A stretch of 64,000 bases of DNA from Myxococcales bacterium (lineage in GTDB: Bacteria; Myxococcota; Myxococcia; Myxococcales; 40CM-4-68-19): positions 2,549 through 66,548 of the forward strand of contig DASSQZ010000235.1 of NCBI GenBank assembly GCA_035702105.1. Reading direction: 5' to 3'. Numbering within the stretch: position 1 is the stretch's first letter; the number at the start of each line of letters is the position of its first letter. Shown here piece after piece: positions 8,212-18,900 of this stretch. The translations under genes and the position numbers were made by a program. The notes under the pieces are model-generated. The model worked only from the letters and a program-made list of their open reading frames with translations. It did not search any database and was not told the DNA's origin.

Positions 8212-11200
8212 ATGCCGCAGCATCCCCGGCGAAACCGGCTCTCGACGCACTCCCTGCACCTGCTCTGTATCGTCGCCCTCGCCGCCTGCGGCAAGGGCGC
8301 GGAAGGACCGAAAGGCGCCACCGGCGCTCCGGGCGCGCCTGGCGCGAACGGCACCTCCTGCTCGGCACAGAGCAACAACGACGGCACCACCACCATCACC
8401 TGCACCGACGGAACCTCCGGAACGGTGAGCGACGGCGCGCCGGGCACTCCGGGCGCAAGCTGCACCGTCACCGACAACGGCAACGGCACCCGCACCATTA
8501 CCTGTGGAACGAGCGGCATCACGGTGAGCGACGCGGTGGTGAACTTCTCCCTCCTGTCGGCGGCGGAGCAGGCCGACGCGAATCCCAGCGCGGTGGTCAC
8601 CGGGGTGACCTTCCCCGCCGACGGACGCCCGGTGGTGACGCTCAAGGTCAGCGACCGCAAGGGCAACGGCATCAAGGGAATCCCCGCCGCCTCGCCGGTG
8701 AGCTGGCGCTTCTCGCTGCTCAAGCTGGTGCCGGGATCGGAGACGGCGCTCGGCGTCAACGGCAGCTCCCTCGACACCTGGGTGAGCTACATCGCCAACA
8801 ACGCCACCTCGACCGCCAGCACCGAGAGCCCGGGCACCAGCGCAACCAGCGGCACGCTCACCGACAACAACGACGGCACGTACACCTACCGGTTCGGCAA
8901 GGTGATCACCAACGCCGCTGCCGCCGGCACCACCTTCGAGGCGGACAAGGTCCACCGCCTGGTCGTGCTCCTGACCGCCTCCGGCAACCCCTTCCAGCCC
9001 ATCAACGTCGCCAAGGATTTCATCCCCTCCACCGGCGCCGACGTGAGCGGCCAGAACGACAAGGTCGACCCGGCCGCCTGCCTGCAGTGCCACGGCAGGT
9101 TCCGCGCCCCCGCCGGGGGCACGGGCGCGTTCCACGGCGGGACGCGCTACAACGTGCAGGTCTGCGTCGCCTGCCACAACGACCAGCGCCGCTTCACCCC
9201 GGTGCCGGGCACCGGCACGACGCCGATGGCGAACGACGACAGCATTGCCGCCGACGGCACCTGGACGGGCACCATGGCGGTGCTCAACGGCGAGGCGGTC
9301 ATGAACCTGCCGGTCTTCATCCACAAGATCCACATGGGCGAGGACCTCAAGCTGACGGGCGGAAGCTACATGGCGGTCCAGTTCCCCGAGATCACCTATC
9401 CCCAGGACGCGCGCAACTGCACCAAGTGCCACCGCGCCCCCGCCGCCAAGGCCGACAACTGGATGAACAAACCCAGCCGCCGCGCCTGCAACGCCTGCCA
9501 CGACAACGTCAGCTTCGAGCGCACCATCCCCGCGGGCCGCGTCACCCACACCGGCGGCGCCTGGGGCGACGACAAGTGCACCGTCTGCCACGGCGCCAGC
9601 ATGATCGACGGCACCAACGAGGTGGCCAACTGGCACGTCGCGGTGGCCCCGCCCGACCCGAACAGCACCTGGGCCGGGGGCACGAACTCCAACACCAACG
9701 CGGCGTACCTGGCCGCGGCCAACGCGCTGCCCAAGGGCGCAAGCAGGTTCGTCTCGGTGGTGAAGAGCGTCTCGCGCGACTCCAGCAAGCACCCGGTGAT
9801 CGTCTTCAAGCTGCAGAAGGACGGGACCGACGTGGTCTTCAACAGCTTTGGCGCCAAGACCGAGCTGATCGACAACTTCGTCGGGTCTCCCACGCTCTAC
9901 TTCGCCTGGGCCATTCCCCAGGACGGCATCGTGGCGCCCGCCGACTTCAACATGAGCGCGAGCGGCTACCTGAAGCGCATCTGGAACGGCACCGCCACCG
10001 GCAGCGGCGCGGGCACGCTGAGCGGGCCTGACGCGACCGGCTTCTACACGCTCACCCTCACCGGCGTGACCGTCACCGATACCGCCACCATGCTGACGGG
10101 CGGCGTCGGTTACGCGTACAGCCTGGGCAACGGCACCGCGGCGGCCACCGTGGGCAGCACCAACCAGCCGCTCACCCAGACGAACCTCGCCGCCTACCCG
10201 GTGGCAGCGAACGGCACCGGCGGCCTCATCGTCCCGACGGCCGACGTCTGGATGGTTGCGACCGGCTACACCGGCCGGCGCTCGACACCGGGAAAGACGC
10301 CTCCGGAGACGCAGCCGGCGATCGTCGCGACCTCGAAATGCAACGCGTGCCATGAGGCGCTGGGCGCCGCGCCGACCTTCCACGCCGGCCAGCGCAACGA
10401 CGCCCCCACCTGCTCGTTCTGCCACAGGCCCAACCAGACCAGCAGCGGATGGTCGGCCGCGTCGAGCAGCTACATCCACGCCATCCACGGGGGCTCGAAG
10501 CGCGTGAACGCGTTCAACTGGCACGCCTCTACGCCGGGCAAGACCTTCGCAGAGGTGACCTTCCCCGGCGTGCTGAACAACTGCGAGACGTGCCATGTGC
10601 CCGGCGGCTACGACTTCAGCACCGCCGCGCAGCTGTCCGCCTACCCGAACATGCTCTACAGCACGGTCGGCCAGGGCCGGTACAACAGCAACCCCACCAC
10701 CAACCCCACCGGCTATTTCAGCATCTCGCCCTTCGTCGCCTCCGACAACCAGACCGACTACGGGTACGGGTTCTCGACCTCGAACGTCAGCGCGACGCTG
10801 CCCAACGGCCTGAGCGGCACCCAGACCATCGGCGGCAACACCGTGGCTTGCACGCCGTCCACGCCCTGCGTCTGCAGCGCGGCCAATCCATGCAGCGTCG
10901 ACGTGAGCGCGCCCTACACCGTGAACAACGTGGCGGTGACGTTCACGCAGAAGATCGGCACCGTCGTCACCACCTGCAACGCGACGACGCCCTGCACCTG
11001 CACCACGGCGCAGACCTGCACCGGAGTGGTGGCCACCTGCTCGGCTGCGGCGCCGTGCGACGCCCAGCCCACCACGCTGGTCAACTCGCCCATCGTCGCG
11101 GCCTGCACCGGCTGCCACGACAGCCCGATGGCCATCGACCACATGCAGGCCAACGGCGGGTCGTTCTACGAGCCGCGCGCCACCGCCTTCAGCAAGCCGC

Positions 11201-11271
11201 AGAAGGAGCAGTGCCTGCTCTGCCACGGCGAAGGCAAGATCGCGTCGATCCGTGACATGCACATGAAGTAG
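8212..11271 (+). CDS. Decahaem c-type cytochrome lipoprotein (OmcA/MtrC-like size class) with a collagen-like N-terminal linker
   Basis: Start at MPQHPRRN (ATG 8212); lipobox VALAAC-GKG. Ten CxxCH motifs: CLQCH, CVACH, CTKCH, CNACH, CTVCH, CNACH, CSFCH, CETCH, CTGCH, CLLCH. Seven GXY triplets follow the lipobox directly. A Cys/Thr-rich insert sits between haems 8 and 9. Confidence 0.9.
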   Translation: MPQHPRRNRLSTHSLHLLCIVALAACGKGAEGPKGATGAPGAPGANGTSCSAQSNNDGTTTITCTDGTSGTVSDGAPGTPGASCTVTDNGNGTRTITCGTSGITVSDAVVNFSLLSAAEQADANPSAVVTGVTFPADGRPVVTLKVSDRKGNGIKGIPAASPVSWRFSLLKLVPGSETALGVNGSSLDTWVSYIANNATSTASTESPGTSATSGTLTDNNDGTYTYRFGKVITNAAAAGTTFEADKVHRLVVLLTASGNPFQPINVAKDFIPSTGADVSGQNDKVDPAACLQCHGRFRAPAGGTGAFHGGTRYNVQVCVACHNDQRRFTPVPGTGTTPMANDDSIAADGTWTGTMAVLNGEAVMNLPVFIHKIHMGEDLKLTGGSYMAVQFPEITYPQDARNCTKCHRAPAAKADNWMNKPSRRACNACHDNVSFERTIPAGRVTHTGGAWGDDKCTVCHGASMIDGTNEVANWHVAVAPPDPNSTWAGGTNSNTNAAYLAAANALPKGASRFVSVVKSVSRDSSKHPVIVFKLQKDGTDVVFNSFGAKTELIDNFVGSPTLYFAWAIPQDGIVAPADFNMSASGYLKRIWNGTATGSGAGTLSGPDATGFYTLTLTGVTVTDTATMLTGGVGYAYSLGNGTAAATVGSTNQPLTQTNLAAYPVAANGTGGLIVPTADVWMVATGYTGRRSTPGKTPPETQPAIVATSKCNACHEALGAAPTFHAGQRNDAPTCSFCHRPNQTSSGWSAASSSYIHAIHGGSKRVNAFNWHASTPGKTFAEVTFPGVLNNCETCHVPGGYDFSTAAQLSAYPNMLYSTVGQGRYNSNPTTNPTGYFSISPFVASDNQTDYGYGFSTSNVSATLPNGLSGTQTIGGNTVACTPSTPCVCSAANPCSVDVSAPYTVNNVAVTFTQKIGTVVTTCNATTPCTCTTAQTCTGVVATCSAAAPCDAQPTTLVNSPIVAACTGCHDSPMAIDHMQANGGSFYEPRATAFSKPQKEQCLLCHGEGKIASIRDMHMK
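8296..8358 (+). repeat. Collagen-like (Gly-X-Y)7 tract inside the cytochrome gene
   Basis: Translated GAE GPK GAT GAP GAP GAN GTS, immediately after the lipoprotein Cys. Followed by two copies of a (D/N)GT.TITC..GTSG.(T)VSD motif. Confidence 0.7.
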
Positions 11272-11296
11272 TCGCAACCAGGTCCGGCAACGTGGA

Positions 11297-11330
11297 GGGC
11301 GGGCCCTTCGGGGTCCGCCCTTCGCATTTC
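11297..11330 (+). terminator. Rho-independent terminator candidate after the cytochrome gene
   Basis: GGGCGGGCCC-TTCG-GGGTCCGCCC: a 10-bp stem with one G-U pair and a UUCG loop (11297-11320), followed by TTCGCATTTCC. Begins 26 nt after the stop codon. Confidence 0.55.
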
Positions 11331-11414
11331 CGGCCGGCCGCGCACGGCTTGCGCGCGAGCCGCCCCCGCCGCTGGTGGCGGTCAGGGCACGATTGGTGCA
11401 GTTTGCCCCTCTCG

Positions 11415-12443
11415 ATGGGCTTCCTGAAGGCCACCGCCGCGCGGTTCGACATCGCGGTGGTGAGGTTTGCGCAGGGCCTCGCAAGGCGTGCGGCAGGCGA
11501 CGGCCCGCCCCACGACGAGCGCCTGCGCCGGCTGGAGGAGACCGCGCGCATCTACCAGTCGGTCGACCCCGCGGCGTTCTTCGCCGAGCCGCCGGAGCCC
11601 CGCATGGAGGCGACCCGGGTCCGCTCGCTCCGCGGCGGCGGCGAGGTGGTGGACCTGAGCTGGCAGAGCGGCTGGGTGCCCCACGACGTCACCGGCCGGG
11701 AGCAGTACCTCCGCTTCCAGGAGAACCGGGTCGCGCAGGCGCGGCTGCTCTGCCATCCGCGGCCGGCGCCGGCCATCGTCTGCCTGCACGGGTACCGCGC
11801 CGGCGTGCACCGCTTCGAGGAGCTGGCCTGGAACGCGCGCTGGCTGCACCGGCGGCTGGGGCTCGACGTGGCGCTGCTCACGCTTCCCTTCCACGCGCTG
11901 CGCGCGCCGCGCGGCCGGCTGGCGCCGGTGTTCCCGTCGATGCGCACCGGCCGCACCGTGGAGGGCTTCGGCCAGGCCGTCTGGGACACGCGCGCGCTGA
12001 TGCGCTGGCTGCGGGCGAGGGGCGCGCCGAGGCTGGGCGTCGCGGGCATGAGCATGGGCGGCTACACCGCCGCGCTGCTCGCCACCGTGGAGCCGAGGCT
12101 GGACTTCGCCGTGCTCTTCATTCCCCTGGCCGACCTGACCGAGGTGGCGTTCGAGCACGCGGCGCTGCGCGGCGAGCCGGTCCCCGAGATCCTGCGCGAG
12201 CCGGGAAAGCGCGCGCTGCAGCTGGTGCGCCCGCTCGGGCGCGCCCCGCTCGTGCCCGGGGACCGCATGCTGGTGATCGCCGCCGAGGCGGATCGGATCA
12301 CCGCCACCGACAACCACGCCGAGCGGCTGGCGGCGCATTTCCACGCGCCGCTGGTCCGGTTCGAGGGCGGGCACCTGCTGCAGTTCGGAAGGCGCGCGGG
12401 CCTCCTGGCGATGGCGGCGCTGATCCGTTCGCGCATCGGCTGA
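11415..12443 (+). CDS. Alpha/beta-fold hydrolase
   Basis: 342 aa from MGFLKAT (ATG 11415). Oxyanion HG (CLHGYRAG) and nucleophile elbow GMSMGG (G-x-S-x-G). Substrate unknown. Confidence 0.7.
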   Translation: MGFLKATAARFDIAVVRFAQGLARRAAGDGPPHDERLRRLEETARIYQSVDPAAFFAEPPEPRMEATRVRSLRGGGEVVDLSWQSGWVPHDVTGREQYLRFQENRVAQARLLCHPRPAPAIVCLHGYRAGVHRFEELAWNARWLHRRLGLDVALLTLPFHALRAPRGRLAPVFPSMRTGRTVEGFGQAVWDTRALMRWLRARGAPRLGVAGMSMGGYTAALLATVEPRLDFAVLFIPLADLTEVAFEHAALRGEPVPEILREPGKRALQLVRPLGRAPLVPGDRMLVIAAEADRITATDNHAERLAAHFHAPLVRFEGGHLLQFGRRAGLLAMAALIRSRIG

Positions 12444-12727
12444 AAAGCGGCCGCGCCGTTAACGAAAATTTGGAAACGCGGCAATCCGACGATGGTCGGT
12501 ATCGAGATTGTACGGCCGCGCAGCCGCGAAGGCAGGCCGGGCGGCCATTTTACGTATGGGCGTTCGTGCATTTAGGCGTCGGTCCGCGCGGCGGGCGCGG
12601 TGCGGCATCTTGACGCCGGCGCTGCGCTCGTGTGTGTTGGCGACGACTCCGGCAATCACTGCGGAGCTGCAGTGCACAGGGGGAGAAAGGGAGCCCGCAG
12701 AAACAGGAAACGAGAGGAACACACACA

Positions 12728-15028
12728 ATGACGAAGTACCGAACTGCGTTGCTGTCGGTGTCTCTTGCGACATCGATGTGCATGGCCATGGCCGGCTGCG
12801 GAAGACAAGCCGCAGCACCTGCCGAGAAGAAGACCACCAACCTGGCGTCGTCGCTGGTGCAACTGCAGACGCCCCTCAACGGCAACAGCCTGCCGAAATT
12901 CGTCGATCCGCTTCCGGTCCTTTCCGGCAGCAGGGTGGACGGCACCAGGCCCCTCCAGGTGGACATGGAGGAGTTCCAGCAGAAAGTCCTGCCCGCGTCC
13001 GTCTATGCCGGCCTGGGTTCGCCCTTCAACAAGGGAACCTATCTCTGGGGCTACAACATCAACGGCACCGGCGCGAGCTGGCCCGCCCGCACCATCGAGG
13101 CGCGCCAGGGCGTGACCACCACGGTGAGCTACACCAACAGCCTGGTGAACACGCGGCTGCAGAACCTGCTCACGGTGGACCAGTCGCTGCACTGGGCCGA
13201 CCCGCTCGGCACCACCGCCGCCAACAACTGCGTCAACGGCCCGCCGCTCGCCGAGCCCTGCACCGAGCCTTACGCCGGCCCCATCCCGGCGGTGGTGCAC
13301 CTGCACGGCGCCGAGGTGCTCTCGCAGTACGACGGCCATCCGGACGCGTGGTTCACGCCCGACGAGACCCTGAAGGGCCGCGGATTCGTGAGCAGCACCT
13401 ACAACTACGGCAACACCCAGGAAGCGACCACGCTCTGGTACCACGATCACTCGCTCGGCGCGGTGCGCACCAACGTCTATGCCGGCCTCGCGGGCTTCTA
13501 TTTCATCCGCGACAACCGCGACACCGGCCTGGCCAGCAACCCGATCACGCTGCCCTCCGGGCCCCAGGAGGTCGAGCTCCTGCTCCAGGACCGGCAGTTC
13601 GACACCAACGGGCAGCTCTACTTCCCCAACTCCGACAACCCGGCCAACCTGAACGGCCCGCCCGGCAACCCGGACAAGCACCCGTTCTGGATCCCCGAGT
13701 TCTTCGGCGACGTGATCACCGTCAACGGGAAGAGCTGGCCGGTGATGCAGGTCCAGCCGCGCCGCTATCGCTTCCGCATGCTCAACGGCAGCAACGCGCG
13801 CTTCTTCATCATGGAGCTGTTCGACCAGACCGGCGTCGACATGCACGTCAACGGCGCTCCCGGCCCGGCCATCTGGCAGATCGGCTCCGACGGCGGACTC
13901 TTCGACGCTCCGGTCAAGCTGACCGATCCGGCGAACGGGCCCGACGCCTGCTCCGGCACGCCGATGGGCAGCAACTCCGACATCCGCGCGGGCCAGAAGT
14001 GCCTCTTCCTGGCGCCGGCAGAGCGGGCCGACCTGATCATCGACTTCGCCGGGATGGCGGGCAAGACCTTCACGCTGAAGAACTTCGCCGTCATTCCCTT
14101 CCCCAGCGGCGGGCCGGTGGGCTTCGGCGCGCCCGACGCCACCTCGGACGGGCTGGTGATGCAGTTCAAGGTGTCGCTGCCGATGAAGGGAACCGACACG
14201 AGCTTCAATCCCGCCTCGCCGGGCCATCCCGCCCTCCGCCCCGCGCCGATGGTCGACCTGGCCTCCATCCAGCCTGACCTGAAGCGCCAGCTCATCCTCG
14301 TCGAGGAGGAGGGCAACACCGCCAACCCGGACGGGCCCGGCGCGCCCAACGCGGACGGGGATCCGGTGCAGAGCCTGATCAACAACACCAAGTGGAACGG
14401 CAACATCGAGGGAACCACCACCCAGGTGCCGGGCTCCACCTCGAACGGCCGCGGCATCTCGGCCACCGAGACTCCGCGCCAGGGGTCCACCGAGCTGTGG
14501 GAGGTGGCCAACCTCACCGGCGACGCGCATCCCATCCACATCCACCTGATCCAGTTCCAGGTGATCTCGCGGCAGCCGTTCGACCTCGATCGCTACCTGG
14601 CCGACTGGATCGCCGCGTTCCCGGGAGGGACGTTCAACGGGTTCAACTTCGCGCCCGGCGTCTACATCCCCGGATTCGGGCCACCGCTGCCGTACAACGT
14701 GCCCAACTCGGCCGGCGCTCTCGGCGGCAATCCCGACTTCGACGCCGCCAGGTACACGAAGGCGGGGGCGTGCGCCGGAAACGCCTGTCCGTCGCGGGCG
14801 CCTGACGCGCTGGATTCGGGCTGGAAGGACACCATCAAGATGTTCCCCGGCGAGATCACCCGGCTCGCCGTGCGCTGGGCGCCGCAGCACCTGGACGCCA
14901 ACGCGGTGGTGGCGGGGCAGGACGCCTTCCCGTTCGATCCGACCCTGGGGCCGGGGTATGTGGAGCACTGCCACATCCTCGATCACGAAGACAACGAGTT
15001 CATGCGCCCGTTGCTGATCGCCCGGTAG
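12728..15028 (+). CDS. Multicopper oxidase (CotA/bilirubin-oxidase-like), lipoprotein
   Basis: 766 aa from MTKYRTALL (ATG 12728); lipobox AMAGC-GRQ. All four copper-ligand blocks are present: HLHG, WYHDH, HPIHIHL, HCHILDHEDNEFM. N-terminal LPKFVDPLPV is typical of the CotA clade. Confidence 0.9.
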   Translation: MTKYRTALLSVSLATSMCMAMAGCGRQAAAPAEKKTTNLASSLVQLQTPLNGNSLPKFVDPLPVLSGSRVDGTRPLQVDMEEFQQKVLPASVYAGLGSPFNKGTYLWGYNINGTGASWPARTIEARQGVTTTVSYTNSLVNTRLQNLLTVDQSLHWADPLGTTAANNCVNGPPLAEPCTEPYAGPIPAVVHLHGAEVLSQYDGHPDAWFTPDETLKGRGFVSSTYNYGNTQEATTLWYHDHSLGAVRTNVYAGLAGFYFIRDNRDTGLASNPITLPSGPQEVELLLQDRQFDTNGQLYFPNSDNPANLNGPPGNPDKHPFWIPEFFGDVITVNGKSWPVMQVQPRRYRFRMLNGSNARFFIMELFDQTGVDMHVNGAPGPAIWQIGSDGGLFDAPVKLTDPANGPDACSGTPMGSNSDIRAGQKCLFLAPAERADLIIDFAGMAGKTFTLKNFAVIPFPSGGPVGFGAPDATSDGLVMQFKVSLPMKGTDTSFNPASPGHPALRPAPMVDLASIQPDLKRQLILVEEEGNTANPDGPGAPNADGDPVQSLINNTKWNGNIEGTTTQVPGSTSNGRGISATETPRQGSTELWEVANLTGDAHPIHIHLIQFQVISRQPFDLDRYLADWIAAFPGGTFNGFNFAPGVYIPGFGPPLPYNVPNSAGALGGNPDFDAARYTKAGACAGNACPSRAPDALDSGWKDTIKMFPGEITRLAVRWAPQHLDANAVVAGQDAFPFDPTLGPGYVEHCHILDHEDNEFMRPLLIAR

Positions 15029-15041
15029 GCAACGCGCGCGT

Positions 15042-15077
15042 GCCACCCCGGGCCCGGACATGCGGGCCCGGGGTGGC
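15042..15077 (+). promoter_or_regulatory. Strong GC-rich intercistronic hairpin between the oxidase and the efflux genes
   Basis: CCACCCCGGGCCCG (15043-15056), loop GACATG, CGGGCCCGGGGTGG (15063-15076): a perfect 14-bp stem, extendable by g15042-c15077. No U-tract follows, so it is not a canonical intrinsic terminator. Confidence 0.45.
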
Positions 15078-15103
15078 GGTGCCATCTCGCCGAGATCAAT
15101 CCC

Positions 15104-15991
15104 ATGCACAATGAATCGGAAACGCCGCGGAACGCGCCGGAGCTGCCTCCGGTGTCGCGCCGCTTCATCTTCGCTTCCCGCCTGCTGCTGCTCCTCGCTG
15201 CCGCCGGCGCCGCGACTGCCGCCGCGCTGATCGCGGTGCGCGATCCTGCCGCCGCGGTCTCGGGCGTGCGCTACGTCTGCCCGATGCACCCGGAGGTGCG
15301 CTCCGGCGCGGCCGGGCAGTGCCCGATCTGCCGGATGGCGCTGGAGCCGGTGGGCCGCGACGTGGCCGCGACCGCGGGCCGCGCCGCCGCCGCCGACACC
15401 AGCGCCGTCGAGAACGTGCGCAAGCACCGGATCATGGACTTCGTGAGAAAGCGCGCGCTGCTGTTCGAGGTGCGCGAGCTGCGCGGGCCGGCCTGGGTGG
15501 AGAGCGACGGCACGGTAACCGCGCTGTTCTACGACGACCAGATCGCCGTCATTCCCCCCGGCGAGCGCGGCTCGTTCACTCCCACCGACGCTCCCGGCAC
15601 GGCCATCGGCCTGCGGCGGATCGACGAGGAGGCGGTGCGCTGGGACGACTCCACCTCGCGGATCCGCTTCCGCCCCGAAGGCCGCGGGGCCCCGCTCGCC
15701 CCGGGCCTGGTCGGGTGGCTGGAACTCCCGCGCAAGCCGCGGGAAGTGGTGGCGGTTCCCGTTTCCGCAATCGTGAACAGCCCCGAGGGCCCCTACGTGC
15801 TGGCGGCCGCGGGCGCGGGCTTCGAGAAGCGGCCCATCGAGATTGGAGAGACCTTCATGAAGCAGGGATTCGCCGTGGTGCGTTCGGGGCTGCGCGCCCA
15901 GGATCGGGTGGTGGCGAAGGCCACCTTCTTCCTCGATGCGGACCGCAGGCTCGACCTGCCCGGCGACGAGGAAGGGAGGAGCGAGCGATGA
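15104..15991 (+). CDS. Heavy-metal-binding domain (HMBD) fused to a shortened RND periplasmic-adaptor C-terminus (CusB-like)
   Basis: 295 aa. N-terminal membrane anchor, then YVCPMHPEV...GQCPICRMAL (the HMBD seen at the start of Cu/Ag efflux adaptors). The C-terminal VVAVPVSAIV..EGPYV...FEKRPIEIGE...VVRSGLRAQDRVV resembles adaptor beta-barrel / membrane-proximal domains. The stop overlaps the pump start (ATGA, 15988-15991). Confidence 0.7.
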   Translation: MHNESETPRNAPELPPVSRRFIFASRLLLLLAAAGAATAAALIAVRDPAAAVSGVRYVCPMHPEVRSGAAGQCPICRMALEPVGRDVAATAGRAAAADTSAVENVRKHRIMDFVRKRALLFEVRELRGPAWVESDGTVTALFYDDQIAVIPPGERGSFTPTDAPGTAIGLRRIDEEAVRWDDSTSRIRFRPEGRGAPLAPGLVGWLELPRKPREVVAVPVSAIVNSPEGPYVLAAAGAGFEKRPIEIGETFMKQGFAVVRSGLRAQDRVVAKATFFLDADRRLDLPGDEEGRSER

Positions 15992-18900
15992 TCGCGCGCC
16001 TGGTCTCGTGGTGCGCCCGCCATCACTGGATCGTGATCGGCGCGGCCCTCCTGGTCTCGCTGGGCGGCGAGCTCGCCCGGCGCAGCCTTTCCGGGGACGT
16101 GATCCCGGACCTGTCCGATCCGCAGATCGGCGTCGTGGCCGACTGGATGGGCCACTCCGCGCCGGAGGTCGCCTCCAGGGTGACCTCGGTGCTCACCAGC
16201 GCCCTTCAGGATCTGCCCGGAGCCAAGGCGGTCCGCGGCTCGACCATGACCGGGATGGCCTACGTCGACGTCATCTTCGAGTCGGTCTCCGGCATCGAGG
16301 CCGCCCAGCGCGCCGTGCGCGACCGGGTGGACGGCGTCCGCGCGAGGCTCCCGCGGAATCTACGATTGCAGATCGGCCCGGCCGCCTCGAGCACCGGCTG
16401 GGTCTTCGAATACGCGCTCACCGACCCTTCGCTGGTCTCCTCGCTCCTCGACCTGCGCCGCTTCCAGGACGACGTGCTCCGCCCCGCGCTCCTCGCGATT
16501 CCCGGCGTGGCAGAGGTGGCTTCGATCGGCGGCGACGTCCGCGAGGTGCGGGTGGACGTGAAGCCGCGCGAGTTGCGCGAGCGCGGGCTCGCGTTCACCG
16601 ACGTGATCTCCGCGCTGCAACCCGTCTTCGCGAAGGGCGGGGGCGTCTCGAAGGCCTCGCTCTCCGACCTGCGGGAGGTGAAGGTCGGGCCGCAGCAGGG
16701 AACCGAGGGTGCGCGGCTCGGAGAGGTGGCGCTGGTGCGGCTCGGCGAGGACATGCCCACCGGCATGGCCGACCTCGCCGGGGTGAAGGCGGTGGGAGGC
16801 ATCGTCATCGCCCGCCGCGACGCCGACCTCGGCAAGCTGGTCGCGCAGGTGAAGGAGACGCTCGCGCGCGAGTGCCGGAAGTTGCCCCGCCGCGCCGCCG
16901 ACCGGGAGCGCATGGACTCCGGGGCCGCGGCCGAAGTCCACGTCAACACCACCTACGACCGCACCGACCTCGCGGCCCGCGTGCGCCACACGCTCCTGCA
17001 TGCGCTGGGAGAGGAGGTGGGCGTGGTGGTGCTGGTCATCCTCGCCTTCCTGCTCGACGCGCGCAGCGCGCTCGTGCCCATGGCCACCCTGCCGGTGGTG
17101 CTGCTGCTCACCTTCGGCGCGATGTGGATCCTGGGTGTCCCGGCCACGATCATGAGCCTGGGCGGCATCGGTATCGCGCTGGGCATGGCGGTGGACGCCG
17201 ACATCGTGGCGCTCGAGGCCTCGCACCGGCGGCTGGAGACGGTGGACGCAAAGGCGTCGCCCGCCGGGCGGCGCAGGCAGATCGTCGCCGCGGCCCAGTC
17301 CTTCGCTCCTGCCATCCTCACCTCGCTGCTGATCACCGCGATCTCCTTCCTGCCCGTCTTCGCCTTCACCGGCGAGACCGGCCGGCTGCTTCGCCCGCTC
17401 GCGCTCACCAAGACGCTGGTCGTGGCCTCCGCCGCGCTGGTGACGGTGACGCTGGCGCCGGCGATCCGCGATCGCCTGCTGCGGGGCAAGGTGATCCCGG
17501 AGTTCGACAATCCGCTGACCCGCGGGCTGGTGCGGATCTACCGGCCGTTCGTCCATTTCGCCCTCAGCCGGCCGGCCCTGACCCTGACCACGGCGGCGCT
17601 TGCGCTCGCCTCCTGCATTCCCATCCTCTCCCGCCTGGGCGGCGAGTTCCTGCCCCGCGTGGAGGAGGGCGACCTGCTCTACATGCCCACCACGCTTCCG
17701 GGGGTGCCTCCGGATCAGGCCTCGGTGCAGCTCTTCTGGCAGGACCACGCCATGAGCCGGTTCCCCGAGGTGGCCAGCGTCTTCGGCAAGGTAGGGCGGG
17801 CGGAGACCGGCACCGATCCGGCGCCGTACTCGATGGCGGAGACGACCATCCGCCTGCGCCCCCGCGAGGAGTGGCCGAAGGTGCCGCGGACGCGGTGGTA
17901 CTCGGGCTGGGCGCCGGCGCCCCTCCACCGGATGCTCGCCGCCTTCTGGCCGGACCGGACGCCGCGGACCACGGCGGAGCTGGTGGAGGAGCTGGACAAG
18001 GCGGTCCGCCTGCCGGGATGGATCAGCTCCTGGACCACGCCGGCCCGCGCGCGCATGGACATGATGGCCACCGGCATCCGCACGCCGGTGGGCATCCGCA
18101 TCGTCTCCCCCGATCCGAAGCGGCTCGATGCGCTGGGCACGGCGTTGCGCTCGGCGGCGGCGCGGATTCCCGGGACGCGCAGCGCCGTCTTCGAGTCGCT
18201 GGGAGGCGAGACGCGGCTGGCCTTCGACGCCGATCCCGCGGCGCTGGCCCGCCACGGGGTCGACGCCGCCACGGTCAAGTCCACCGTCGATCTCATCGTG
18301 AACGGCGGGCAGGTGGGCGAGTTGGAGCAGGATGGGCGGCTCTTGCGCGTGCGGGTCGCGCCCGAGGCGCCCGACGTGCAGCCGCGCGGTCCCGCGGACC
18401 AGCTCCGAGAGATCACCGTGCGCGCGGGCCGGCCGGTGCCGCTGGCGCTGGTCGGCCACCCAACCTGGGTCCGCGAGCCGGCGCAACTGCGCACCGAAAA
18501 GGGCGAGCTCATCGCCTACGTCTACGTCGATCTCGCCGACGGGGTGGGACTGCGCGATTACGTGGAGCGGGCCCGGCGCGAGGTCGATGCGCTGGTCGCC
18601 TCCGGCGAGGTCCGGCTGCAGCCGGGCGAGCGCATCGAGTGGACCGGCCAGTACCCGCTCCTGATGGCGGGCGAGAAGCGGCTCGCGTGGATCGTTCCCA
18701 TCGTGGTGCTCTCCATGCTCGGGCTCCTCCTGCTCCAGTTCCGCAGCCTGATCGAGGCGCTGCTTGTGCTGGCGTCGGTGCCGTTCGCGCTGGTGGGAAG
18801 CTTCTGGACGCTCTACCTGCTCGACTTCCCGCTCTCCGCGCCGGTCTGGGTGGGGCTGCTCTCGGTGGTCGGCCTCGCCATGCAGACCGGCGTGGTCATG

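Noticed and set aside
8077-11484. 1135-aa ORF antisense to the decahaem cytochrome gene
   Set aside because: Arg/Gly/Ala/His-rich low-complexity translation with no motifs. This is the typical shadow ORF that arises opposite a real gene with extreme GC3. The plus-strand frame has ten CxxCH sites.
12656-15427. 923-aa ORF antisense to the multicopper oxidase, and the alternative-frame ORF 12508..14277
   Set aside because: Shadow ORFs. The 12728..15028 frame carries all four copper-ligand motifs; the others are Arg/Gly/Pro-rich nonsense.
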